The translations under genes and the position numbers were made by a program. The notes beneath the pieces are model-generated. The model was not told the DNA's origin, did no database searches, and was given only the letters and a program-made list of their open reading frames with translations. Below are positions 51,606 to 61,300 of a DNA stretch of 64,000 bases, one piece after another (the stretch's first letter is position 1; each line of letters starts with the position of its first letter). Origin of the DNA: Candidatus Nomurabacteria bacterium (GTDB lineage Bacteria > Patescibacteriota > Minisyncoccia > Phycocordibacterales > UBA9973); the NCBI GenBank assembly GCA_031425235.1, contig JANPIZ010000006.1, forward strand, positions 30,803-94,802. Reading direction: 5' to 3'.

Positions 51606-53576
51606 CTACGCTAGAATATAATCTATAGTTTTTCTTTCTAGGTCAACTCGTCCTACTTTTATTTTCACACGGTCACCAAGGCGATACCTTTTTTTCTTTT
51701 TTTGCCCGACGAGCTCAAAAGCTTTTTCATTAAACACGTAAAAATCGTCTTTCATATCTCGTACTTTTACAAGCCCTTCACATTTTGTTTCTACTTCTTC
51801 TACATAGATACCCCATTCAGTGATACCGCTTATTATGCCCGCGAACGTTTCACCCGTACGCTTACTCATGTATTCAACTTGTTTGTATTTTATGGATGCG
51901 CGCTCAGCATCTGTGGCACGTTTTTCTTGCTCAGAAGCTACTCGAGCTATTTTTTCAAATTCATATACACTACCTTCTTTTTCTTTCTTGTGAGCTAAAG
52001 CATCGAGCAGAAGTCGGTGTACGATAATGTCAGGGTAACGCCTAATAGGGGAAGTGAAGTGAGTATAGTAATGAAATGCGAGACCATAGTGTCCGATATT
52101 TTTTGTTGAATATATTGCCTTTGCCATTGACTTGATGACTGCACGTTGGACTACATCAGCCTCAGGTTTACCTGCGAGGCTTGCGAGCAAGGTATTAATT
52201 TGATGTGTGGGTATGAGTCCGTCGACAAGTGACACTTTATACCCCAGGCTTTTTAGAAAAAGTACCAAGTCTGCCATTTTTTCTTTACTTGGTAGATCAT
52301 GCACTCGATAGATAGCTACATGTTCTTGTTTCTTGGTAGTTTTTTTATCCCCAGTAATACGCTTTGCGACGTTTTTGTTTGCCAGGAGCATTAATTCTTC
52401 AATCAATCGATTTGAGTTGCCACGTTCTTTTTTTATAATATCTATAGGAACTCCGTACATATTGAGCACAAACTTTACTTCTTCTTGTTCGAGTGAAATT
52501 GCTCCTTCTTTGAATCTTTCTTTTGTTAATTTTTTAGCAATATCGTTCAATATAGCGAGTTCTTTATGCAGAGGAGATTTTGTATTTTTTATGGAAACTT
52601 CGGCTTCTTCATATGTAAACCGTTTTTGTGAATGTATTACCGTGCGTCCATACCACTCACTTTTGACCTGGGCATTTTTATCTATAATGAATACAGCGCT
52701 CATAGTAAGTCTGTCTTTGTTTGGAACGAGACTACATAAGTCATTCGACAATATCTCTGGAAGCATGGGTATGGTTCGGTCGACGAGGTACACTGATGTG
52801 CCACGACCACTCGCTTCGTGATCGAGTGCGCTGCCTGGGGTTACATAATACGAGACATCAGCAATGTGGATACCCACTTCATACTCATCTTTTCCAAGTT
52901 CTTGAAATGATATTGCGTCATCGAAATCTTTTGCGTCTGCAGGGTCAATAGTAAAAGTGAGAACTTTTCTAAAATCCCGCCTATCTTTATAATCAATTTC
53001 TTGTATTCCGCGTTTTTTAATTTCTCGTGCTTCGTTTTCAACTTTGGTCGGCAGCTCAGCATCAAAACCTTTTTCCATGGCAATCGCATGCATTTCCGCA
53101 CTGTTGTCACCAGCTTTTCCGAGTATTTTTACGACGCGCCCTTCTGGGGCCTTACGAGCATCTTTCCATGATACTATTTCTACAAAAACTTTTTGCCCTA
53201 CTTTAGCTTTATTCAAGCTTTCTTTAGGGACTAAAATATCGGTGTACATTTTTGTATCATCAGGTTTCAAGAACAATAGATTATTTTCTTGTTCGAGCAC
53301 CCCAGCAAAGCTCATCTTTGCCCGAGAGATTATTTTGGTTACTTCGGCGGTCTGACGTCCGTGACCTTTTGGATGAAGGAGTATTTCTACTGTGTCACCA
53401 TGGAGAGCAGTGTGAAGGTGTTTGAAATCAACCTCCGGGTCGTTGCCCTTGTTTTTGTCTTCACTAATAGCCACATAGCCTGTACCTCTCGAAGAAATGG
53501 AAATACGACCTTCAACGCGAGAGGTTTTAGCAGCCCGTTGTTTCGTCAAAGTCTTTTTTGTAAATTGTTTTTTCAC
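51606..53576 (-). CDS. rnr: Ribonuclease R
   Basis: TIDP..AKDFDDA, HFTSPIRRYPD, S1 domain. Confidence 0.95.
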   Translation of the reverse strand: MKKQFTKKTLTKQRAAKTSRVEGRISISSRGTGYVAISEDKNKGNDPEVDFKHLHTALHGDTVEILLHPKGHGRQTAEVTKIISRAKMSFAGVLEQENNLLFLKPDDTKMYTDILVPKESLNKAKVGQKVFVEIVSWKDARKAPEGRVVKILGKAGDNSAEMHAIAMEKGFDAELPTKVENEAREIKKRGIQEIDYKDRRDFRKVLTFTIDPADAKDFDDAISFQELGKDEYEVGIHIADVSYYVTPGSALDHEASGRGTSVYLVDRTIPMLPEILSNDLCSLVPNKDRLTMSAVFIIDKNAQVKSEWYGRTVIHSQKRFTYEEAEVSIKNTKSPLHKELAILNDIAKKLTKERFKEGAISLEQEEVKFVLNMYGVPIDIIKKERGNSNRLIEELMLLANKNVAKRITGDKKTTKKQEHVAIYRVHDLPSKEKMADLVLFLKSLGYKVSLVDGLIPTHQINTLLASLAGKPEADVVQRAVIKSMAKAIYSTKNIGHYGLAFHYYTHFTSPIRRYPDIIVHRLLLDALAHKKEKEGSVYEFEKIARVASEQEKRATDAERASIKYKQVEYMSKRTGETFAGIISGITEWGIYVEEVETKCEGLVKVRDMKDDFYVFNEKAFELVGQKKKKRYRLGDRVKIKVGRVDLERKTIDYILA

Positions 53577-53632
53577 CCTATAAATATAGCATAAAATTGC
53601 AATAGATTTTAGCAGGGGTTATTATTGTATAT

Positions 53633-54256
53633 ATGTCTATGGAAACTATTAGTACGGGCAGGACTCTGGAAGAATACACAGAGCGCGTATTTCCAGAATT
53701 TAAAACAAAAAGCGAATTACTTGATTATCTAAATGGTAAGACAATTGTTGATGTTGGAAGTGGTTTAACTCATAAAAATCCTTATTCATTAATCAACGAG
53801 GGGTTAAGAGATAAAAATCGAAATATAAAATATATCAATCTCGAACCGAAATTAGCCGGGAAAGGGGACTTTAAATTTACATTTAAAGATAAACTAGCGG
53901 AGAAGAGTAGGGTATTGATTGAAAAATTAGATAGGCAAGAGTTATTTAGATTTCCTGAAAAGCCAGCAAAGAAAATGTCGGTAGCGGCTATGGCAGAAGA
54001 ACTACCATTCGGAGATTCATCAGTTGATATTTTGCTATCAGTAGGTCTTGTTGGTTATTGGATAACTGATTTAAATGACTTAGAAAAAATAATTAAGGAA
54101 TTTTCACGAGTATTAAAGCAAAAAGGCGAAGTAAGAATCCACTATGTTAAACCAGAAATTGTGGAACCCTTAACTCAGCTAGCAAAAGTTTGGGATTTTA
54201 ATGTGGGGGCTAATAAGTATACTGGTTTTGTTAAGTTAACAAAAGCAAATCAGTAA
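53633..54256 (+). CDS. Class I SAM-dependent methyltransferase
   Basis: IVDVGSG, AEELPFGDSSVD, EFSRVLK..G. Confidence 0.75.
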   Translation: MSMETISTGRTLEEYTERVFPEFKTKSELLDYLNGKTIVDVGSGLTHKNPYSLINEGLRDKNRNIKYINLEPKLAGKGDFKFTFKDKLAEKSRVLIEKLDRQELFRFPEKPAKKMSVAAMAEELPFGDSSVDILLSVGLVGYWITDLNDLEKIIKEFSRVLKQKGEVRIHYVKPEIVEPLTQLAKVWDFNVGANKYTGFVKLTKANQ

Positions 54257-54333
54257 TTTCTTCTTAACCTACTAAAACACCTATATTTGACAATGCTATT
54301 TTAATGTTTTAAATTACAGTGGGAGGTACGAAA

Positions 54334-54486
54334 ATGCAAAAAACTGAAAAAACCAATGAAGGAATTTCATTGGGATGGGCAGCGATAGTCTTTTTAATTT
54401 TTTTAGCAATGATAATTTGGATTATTTATGAAACAATCCAAATTATCCAATCAATTGCTTCTTTGTTTCTTTCTCTTTTGCATTAA
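54334..54486 (+). CDS. Small single-TM protein (50 aa)
   Basis: TTGACA-17-TAAATT promoter, GGGAGGT SD, terminator at 54507-54548. Confidence 0.6.
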   Translation: MQKTEKTNEGISLGWAAIVFLIFLAMIIWIIYETIQIIQSIASLFLSLLH

Positions 54487-54506
54487 AAAACAAATGAGAA
54501 ATCAAT

Positions 54507-54548
54507 AAAAGCATCGTTTTGCAGGCCTTCCTGTAAACGATGCTTTTT
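54507..54548 (+). terminator. Intrinsic terminator
   Basis: AAAAGCATCGTTT...AAACGATGCTTTTT. Confidence 0.75.
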
Positions 54549-54635
54549 ACTTTTTAGATATGTAAAATAAAGCTAAAATAGGAAAAATTTTTAATTTTTC
54601 AAAAAACGTGATATATTTTTTTGAGAGGTGAGTAT

Positions 54636-54728
54636 ATGAAAAAAACAATACCTGTGTTGGTGTTCACGGGGACACTAACCACTTGTTTGGTGCTATTTGT
54701 GGCGGTTTTAGTTCTTTTTGCATCATAA
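54636..54728 (+). CDS. Small hydrophobic peptide (30 aa)
   Basis: GAGGTG SD; MKKTIPVLVFTGTLTTCLVLFVAVLVLFAS. Confidence 0.45.
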   Translation: MKKTIPVLVFTGTLTTCLVLFVAVLVLFAS

Positions 54729-54749
54729 GTTTAAAAAGGAGGAAGAAAA

Positions 54750-54965
54750 ATGGACTATGAAGACGAAGATTGGGCTGTTGAGTCCGAAGAATCCTCTTTC
54801 TCTTTGGGAGGATTTGATTCTTGGATTTCGTTATTTTTTGTAGTTGTGTTTCTATTTTTGTTTGTGACCGAGGTTTATCCTTGGTTTGCTAAAACAAAAA
54901 TTGGCGTAATTTTCTTTAATTTTATCTACTGGATTTTTCATAAAATCCAAACTTTATTTTTATAA
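54750..54965 (+). CDS. Small membrane protein
   Basis: AGGAGG SD; acidic N-terminus followed by TM helices; terminator AATAGCGTTGC/GCAACGCTATTTTTT follows. Confidence 0.6.
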   Translation: MDYEDEDWAVESEESSFSLGGFDSWISLFFVVVFLFLFVTEVYPWFAKTKIGVIFFNFIYWIFHKIQTLFL

Positions 54966-55059
54966 TAGCGTTGCACTAGTAGGGAATTCCCACAAGCAAC
55001 GCTATTTTTTCGTCTATTTACAATTATTAGTGTGGTATTTTTAAAGCGGAGGTAAAAAA

Positions 55060-55166
55060 ATGAAAAAAGGGTTATCAAATTTATATGGGAAATCCTAATA
55101 GCAACAAGTCCACTTATTATCGCTTTAGTTGTAATGATAATTCTCTGGATTATTTTTTTTAGATAA
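55060..55166 (+). pseudogene. Small TM peptide frameshifted in an A6 tract
   Basis: GGAGGT SD + ATG AAAAAA GGG; the hydrophobic frame (RVIKFIWEILIATSPLIIALVVMIILWIIFFR) needs one extra A. Confidence 0.35.
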
Positions 55167-55181
55167 TTTTAAAACTTGGGC

Positions 55182-55216
55182 GCCGTAGTGAGTTTCTCTC
55201 ACTACGGCACTTTTTT
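55182..55216 (+). terminator. Intrinsic terminator
   Basis: GCCGTAGTGAG-TTTCT-CTCACTACGGC-ACTTTTTT. Confidence 0.75.
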
Positions 55217-55279
55217 GTTTCCTCACTAGATATAAGCTTTATAATTTGCCTTTTTGGCAATCTGTGTTACACTAGAAAA

Positions 55280-55588
55280 ATGTTAAAAATAAGACTTCAG
55301 AGAATAGGGCGCAAGAATGATCCGGCTTTTCGGGTGGTTTTGACTGACTCAAAAAACAGTACAAAAAGTGGACGCTTTTTAGAAATACTCGGCAGTTACA
55401 ATCCAAAGATGGGTGTAAAGACTTTGAATGGGGATAGGATAAAACATTGGATGAAAAACGGAGCACAATGTTCCGATACCATGCACAACTTTCTCGTGCA
55501 CGACAAAATAGTAGAAGGTAAGAAGAAAAACGTACTTCCAAAGAAAAAGCCGACTGAGGCACGAAAGGCCTTGAAAGCTAAGAAATAA
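55280..55588 (+). CDS. rpsP: 30S ribosomal protein S16
   Basis: MLKIRLQRIGRK..P.FRVV..DS, GSYNP. Confidence 0.95.
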   Translation: MLKIRLQRIGRKNDPAFRVVLTDSKNSTKSGRFLEILGSYNPKMGVKTLNGDRIKHWMKNGAQCSDTMHNFLVHDKIVEGKKKNVLPKKKPTEARKALKAKK

Positions 55589-55662
55589 TTTTGTACAATT
55601 CAGTTAAGCAGTTATCCGTCGCACACTGCAATGATTACAAGAATTAATAATTAAATAATATT

Positions 55663-56019
55663 ATGGAAACAGAAGCAGATAAGATATTTCTAGAATACGT
55701 AGTGAAAGCTCTCGTGGACAATCCCGCAGACGTGAAAATTGATAGGACTGTCGACGAAATGGGTGTACTTATATCACTCACAGTGAACCCTGCTGATATG
55801 GGTAAGATCATCGGCCGAATGGGGAACACAGCAAAAGCTATCCGAACACTTCTTCGAATCATCGGAATGAAGAACAATGCTCGAGTAAATTTAAAGATCA
55901 ATGAACCAGAAGGTGGCATGAAGCCTGAATCAATGCATCACATGGCACCCGGAGCAGCAGCTACTCCAAGTTCATTCAAAACAGTTGACCAAGCCATGGA
56001 AGACTTGAAAGGACTTTAG
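55663..56019 (+). CDS. khpA: KH-domain RNA-binding protein KhpA
   Basis: LVDNP, DMGKIIGRMGNTAKAIRTLL; follows rpsP. Confidence 0.9.
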   Translation: METEADKIFLEYVVKALVDNPADVKIDRTVDEMGVLISLTVNPADMGKIIGRMGNTAKAIRTLLRIIGMKNNARVNLKINEPEGGMKPESMHHMAPGAAATPSSFKTVDQAMEDLKGL

Positions 56020-56021
56020 AA

Positions 56022-56053
56022 TAGGCTCCAGGCGTTAGGCACTAGGCTTTAGT
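56022..56053. repeat. Heptamer-periodic repeat, copy 2
   Basis: TAGGCTC CAGGCGT TAGGCAC TAGGCTT TAGT. Confidence 0.6.
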
Positions 56054-56084
56054 AAAAAACATCCCTTTCCAGGGGTGTTTTTTT
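56054..56084 (+). terminator. Intrinsic terminator after khpA
   Basis: AAAAAACATCCCT-TTCC-AGGGGTGTTTTTTT. Confidence 0.75.
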
Positions 56085-56168
56085 ATGGTATAATTCATAA
56101 AGTTTCAAAAACTTGCAATTTTGTGGGTTTTTGACAATTTTGTTATTTAAAATAAAGGAGAAAAATTA

Positions 56169-56606
56169 ATGTTAAAATTAAAAACTGTTTTGTCTATCGT
56201 TTTTTTGTCAGCTCTGTTTGCACAGGTACACTTTCTATTAACTCAGCTTCTGGGTTATGGGAAGTTTGTTCTGTACAATCCTAACCATAAACTGGACTCC
56301 AGTTTGTGGTTCACTAAAACAATTATTTTAGTTTTAGTAATTGTTTTAGTGAAAACGTTAAGAGAGAGATTGGATTATTACAAACCAAACTCTGTTCTTG
56401 CGTCAGCGTTCGCTGGTATTCTTGGTTTTTCTCTGGTTGTAAGTTTAGTACAATCAGTGATTTTGGGTCAGGAATACTCGACAACGGTGTCGGATGTCAC
56501 TATGACCAGGTCAGCACTCATTGCCCATGTCTTCGTATCTCTTATGGTATCTTGGCTTGGTATTTTGTTTAGCTCTGACTCTACAGAAACCGAAACTGAG
56601 GAATAA
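56169..56606 (+). CDS. Membrane protein
   Basis: AAGGAG SD; about 4 TM helices; terminator at 56632-56669. Confidence 0.6.
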   Translation: MLKLKTVLSIVFLSALFAQVHFLLTQLLGYGKFVLYNPNHKLDSSLWFTKTIILVLVIVLVKTLRERLDYYKPNSVLASAFAGILGFSLVVSLVQSVILGQEYSTTVSDVTMTRSALIAHVFVSLMVSWLGILFSSDSTETETEE

Positions 56607-56713
56607 CCTTAAGCCTTTAGTTTCTAAAATAAAAAAGCACTGACTAATCGAAAGATGGTCGGTGCTTTTAAAATTTCAAATACTTACTATCTATGTTATA
56701 AAGGATTTATGCG

Positions 56714-56991
56714 TCCCGTTAGAGATCACTTATGTTTTATTACACGTATATCTTAAAAAGTAAGAAAGACGGTAAAATCTACACTGGTTATACAAAAGAC
56801 CTACGGAAGCGCCTTATGCAACATAACAAAGGTTTATCTACATATACAAAAGGTAGAGGCCCATTTATTTTGATATACTACGAAGCGTGTTTATTGGAAA
56901 GTAAAGCAAAGTCGAGAGAGGAATTTTTAAAATCGGGAATGGGCAAGCGTTATTTAAAAAATAGATTAGGCGCTTCCTATCTCTAACGGGA
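56714..56991 (+). mobile_element. Inverted-repeat-bounded GIY-YIG element inserted at the trmD start
   Basis: Perfect 13-bp IR: TCCCGTTAGAGAT (56714-26) / ATCTCTAACGGGA (56979-91); ATGCGT on the left, ATGAGA on the right. Confidence 0.75.
56732..56986 (+). CDS. Small GIY-YIG endonuclease
   Basis: YTYIL...IYTGYT.DL.KRL.QHN.G...YTK.R.P..LIYYE...A..RE..LK. Confidence 0.9.
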   Translation: MFYYTYILKSKKDGKIYTGYTKDLRKRLMQHNKGLSTYTKGRGPFILIYYEACLLESKAKSREEFLKSGMGKRYLKNRLGASYL

Positions 56992-57689
56992 TGAGATTTC
57001 ATATAATTACAATTTTTCCAGAGATGTTTGACTCTTATCTACAGGAGTCTATTCTCGGGCGGGCGCTGGGGAATAAATACCGACGTAAAGTTGAGGATGC
57101 GCGATCTAAAGGATCGGCAAAGATTTCAGTGAAATTTTATAATCCGATAAGCTTTTGCAAACCAAAAGAGCGTGTGGATGCTCGGCCTTATGGAGGTGGT
57201 CCAGGGATGGTCTTGCGCCCAGAATTTTTTCTCAAAGCATTTTCGAAGATAAAGATCAAAGATAAAAAGAAGACAAAAGTAATTTTATTTTCTACCTCCG
57301 GTAAAAAATTTGAAACAGCGTATGCAAAAAAATTGGTAAAACAAAAGTATACAGATATCATTTTAATTTCTGGTCGCTATGAAGGCATAGATGCTCGCGT
57401 GCAGAAAATTCTCAAAGCTCAGGAAATATCAATAGGGGATTATGTGCTCACGGGCGGTGAATTACCGGCGATGATATTAATAGATTCTATTTCACGCCAA
57501 ATCCCTGGAGTTCTTGGAAAATATGAGTCCCTCGAAGAGGAAAGAGTGTCGACAAGCGAAGTATATACAAGGCCTGAAATTCTAAAGTATAAAAATAAAA
57601 ACTACAAAGTTCCAAAAGTTTTACTCTCTGGGAATCATAAACTTATTGAAGACTGGAAAATAAAAAACAAAAAACCTAACGAATCTTAA
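56991..57689 (+). CDS. trmD: tRNA (guanine-N1)-methyltransferase
   Basis: ITIFPE, D.RPYGGGPGMV, GRYEGIDAR, SIGDYVLTGGE, VP.VLLSGNH. Confidence 0.95.
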   Translation: MRFHIITIFPEMFDSYLQESILGRALGNKYRRKVEDARSKGSAKISVKFYNPISFCKPKERVDARPYGGGPGMVLRPEFFLKAFSKIKIKDKKKTKVILFSTSGKKFETAYAKKLVKQKYTDIILISGRYEGIDARVQKILKAQEISIGDYVLTGGELPAMILIDSISRQIPGVLGKYESLEEERVSTSEVYTRPEILKYKNKNYKVPKVLLSGNHKLIEDWKIKNKKPNES

Positions 57690-57729
57690 TTCATTAGGTT
57701 TTCTAAATATTTTTCTTTTAATAGACATT

Positions 57730-58065
57730 TTAAATGTCTTCATCAAACATTTTTTGTACATTTATATAGAAAAATTCAGTGCATTTAGAGCAAAGCGGTT
57801 TTCCATTTAACTTAAAATCAGCAACTTTTTTTTGAATAATTTTACCTGTATCACTGTTTAGTTCGATGGACTCAAAACCATCGGCAACGATTTCGGTAAG
57901 AATTTCCTGAAAAAGGACACTATATTTTAAATCTTTTCCACATTTTCCACATTTGTGTGGAGTAGCTATTTCCTCCCCAACTTCAGTTGTTAAGTAAATT
58001 GTTAAGTCCCTAGAGTTAAATTTCACACTATAGGGAGTGCTGCAGCCATCATTCGTAAAGTCCAT
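57730..58065 (-). CDS. Hypothetical protein with two CxxC motifs
   Basis: CGKCG...CSKC; AAGGAG SD. Confidence 0.55.
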   Translation of the reverse strand: MDFTNDGCSTPYSVKFNSRDLTIYLTTEVGEEIATPHKCGKCGKDLKYSVLFQEILTEIVADGFESIELNSDTGKIIQKKVADFKLNGKPLCSKCTEFFYINVQKMFDEDI

Positions 58066-58324
58066 AAATTCTCCTTTTACTTTTTATTTGTTCTAGGTAC
58101 GGACATATGTGTGTGCACATTACCTATTAATATTGACAAAGATCTATCCTACTGGTGATTCTATATAAAAATTATTTAAATAACAAGTTAACTTGATAAG
58201 CTAGATTTGACAAAAAGCTCAAAATAAGTATACTTGAATTTGATTCACTGATTGAGTTTTGGATGCAATCTCCTTTATTAATAACTAAGTAATTTTAAGG
58301 CTGTAAAGGCTTTTTTGTTTATTT

Positions 58325-61300
58325 ATGCAAACTCAATCAAACAAATTCTCAGTGCCAAAGAAGTATTTTTCTCGATACAAGAAGCCTCTTGTTAAATTTC
58401 CCGATCTTATTGAGGCTCAACTAAAGAGTTTTAAGTGGCTCGTTGAAACAGGTATCGGTGAGGTGTTCAAGGAATTTTCACCCATCAACGACTATTCAGG
58501 TAAAAAATTTCAACTCGACTTTACATCTTTTTCTCTAGAAGAATCTAAATACGACGAGAGTCATGCAAAAATAAACAAACTTTCTTATAACGGAAGCCTC
58601 AAGGCAAAAGTAAAGCTTACAAATAAAATTTTAGGAACTGTTAAAGAACAGGAGATTTTCATGTCTGAGCTTCCGCTCATGACTTCTCACGGTACGTTTA
58701 TCATCAACGGAGTTGAACGCGTGATTGTGCCCCAGCTTGCTCGAAGTTTCGGAGTATTTTTTACTGGGTCTGAAAGTAAAGGCAATAAATATTTTGGTGC
58801 AAAAATAATTCCCGCTCGTGGAGTGTGGATTGAAATAGAATCTGAATCTGACGGGGCTATTTATGTGCGCATCGACAAGAAACGAAAATTCCCTGTTACC
58901 ACACTTCTTCGGGTTCTCGGTTACGATACAAACGAAGCAATAATGGCAGCTTTTGGAAGTGACGAAACACTTGCTGAGGCAATGAAAGCGTGTTTAGCAA
59001 AAGATACAGCAAAGTCTTTAAGTGATGCATACATTGAAATATATAAACGTCTTCGCGATGGTGACATGGCGACTGCTGATAACGCGAAAGAATTTATAAA
59101 TTCACTCTTCACAAAAGAGCGTTATGACCTTTCTCCTGTCGGTCGTTTTCGTTTCAATCAGCGTTTCGACAAAGCTATGGATGTGAAAGAAATGGAACGT
59201 CGAACTATCTCAAAAGAAGATTTAGTCACCGTAGTTACTCATATTGTTACCTTAAACAACACACCAGGAGCTCACTCCGACGATATTGACCACTTAGGTC
59301 AACGGCGTGTGCGTTTTGTTGGTGAAATACTTCAACAAAAAGTACGTACTGGTATGATGCAGATCAAGCGAAACATACAAGATCGTATGTCTATTATAGA
59401 TGTAGATACAGCCATGCCGATAGCGATCATAAACCAACGTCCACTCCAGGCTCGTATTAAAGAATTCTTCACAACCAACCAGCTTTCACAATTCATGAAC
59501 CAGGAAAATGTACTGGCTGAGCTCGAACATATTCGTCAACTTTCAGCACTTGGGCCCGGCGGTCTTACACGTGAACGTGCTGGACTTGAAGTTCGTGACG
59601 TTCACCCTTCGCACTATGGCCGCGTGTGCCCGATCCATACACCAGAAGGTCCAAACATCGGACTTGTGTTACACCTTTCTACCTATGCGAAAATAAATGA
59701 ATTTGGAATTATTGAAACTCCTTATATAAAAGTAAAAGCTGGAAAAATAACTGGTGAAGTGCAGTACTTAAATGCCCTCGAAGAGGAAAAATATAACATT
59801 GCGCATGCTGGTATTCCATATGACGAAAATGGAAAAATAACTGAAGAGCGAGTAGAAGCGAGACTTAAAACAGAACCTGGTACTATTTCTCGCATGGAAG
59901 TTGATTTTATCGATGTTGCTGCGAACCAAGCTTTTTCAATCGGCACGTCACTCATTCCATTCTTAGAACACAACGACGCCAACCGAGCACTCATGGGATC
60001 AAACATGCAGAAGCAGGCTGTGCCTTGTGTATTACCAGAAGCTCCACTTGTAGCAACAGGGGTAGAAGAACTGGCATCACGTGATTCAGGACGGCTTATA
60101 TTATCTGAAGAAGAAGGAGTCGTATCATATGTTGATGCAAAAAAAGTAACCGTTGACGGAAAGTCGGGCAACAAAAAAACATACGAACTTGTTAACTTCA
60201 TGAGAAACAACAACTTCTCTGTGTTTCATCAACGCCCCGCGGTGAATATGGGTGAAAAGGTCAAAAAAGGAGATGTGCTTGCCGATACTAGTAGTACAGT
60301 CGGAGGACAAATCTCAATCGGACAAAATATTTTCGTAGCTTTTCTTTCCTGGTCTGGATCCAACTATGAAGACGCGATCATCGTATCAGAAAGACTCGTA
60401 AAAGAAAGTAAATTTACCAGTATATATCTTGAAGAATTTACATGCGTGGTTCGTGACACTAAGCTTGGGCCCGAGATCACAACACGTGATATACCAAACA
60501 TAGGTGAATTAAAACTGAAAGACCTGGACGAAGATGGCGTCGTGCGTATTGGCGCTGAGGTTCGTGAAAACGATATTCTCGTCGGTAAAATTACTCCAAA
60601 GGGCGAAACAGAACTTACTCCAGAAGAAAGGCTTCTTCGAAGTATCTTTGCGGAAAAAGCTCGTGATGTAAAAGACACTTCACTTCGAATGGAACACGGC
60701 AAGCGTGGACGTATTATTGGTGTGAAAATATTCTCTCGTGACATGGGTCATACACTAGAAGCGGGAATTATCAAGAAAATAGTTATTGAAGTCGCACAAG
60801 TAAGAAACATCTCAATCGGTGACAAACTTTCAGGACGACACGGGAACAAAGGAGTTATTTCCATTGTGCTTCCAGAAGAAGACATGCCGTACACAGCTGA
60901 CGGTAAACCAATCGACATCATACTTTCACCACTTGGTGTTCCTTCACGTATGAACTTGGGACAAATTTTAGAAATGCACCTTGGTTTGGCTGCCCACACT
61001 CTTGGCTATCAAGCTATTACTCCACCATTCCTAGGCGCTCGACAAGAAGAAGTTTCGGAAGAATTAAAAAAAGCTGGATTACCAGAAAACGGACGACTCG
61101 AACTTTTTGACGGAAGAACAGGAGAAGCATTCAAACAAAAGGTGGCGGTAGGATATATGTACATGCTCAAACTGCACCACATGGTAGAAGATAAGATTCA
61201 CATGCGTTCTATTGGTCCCTACTCTCTTATCACTCAACAACCGCTTGGAGGTAAAGCTCAAGGTGGAGGACAAAGATTCGGGGAAATGGAAGTGTGGGCA

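Noticed and set aside
57080-57117. Apparent ~12-aa insertion in TrmD with a weak hairpin (CGATC-TAAAG-GATCG)
   Set aside because: May be a decayed palindromic insert, but the stem is too short and the ends are unclear without an ortholog alignment.
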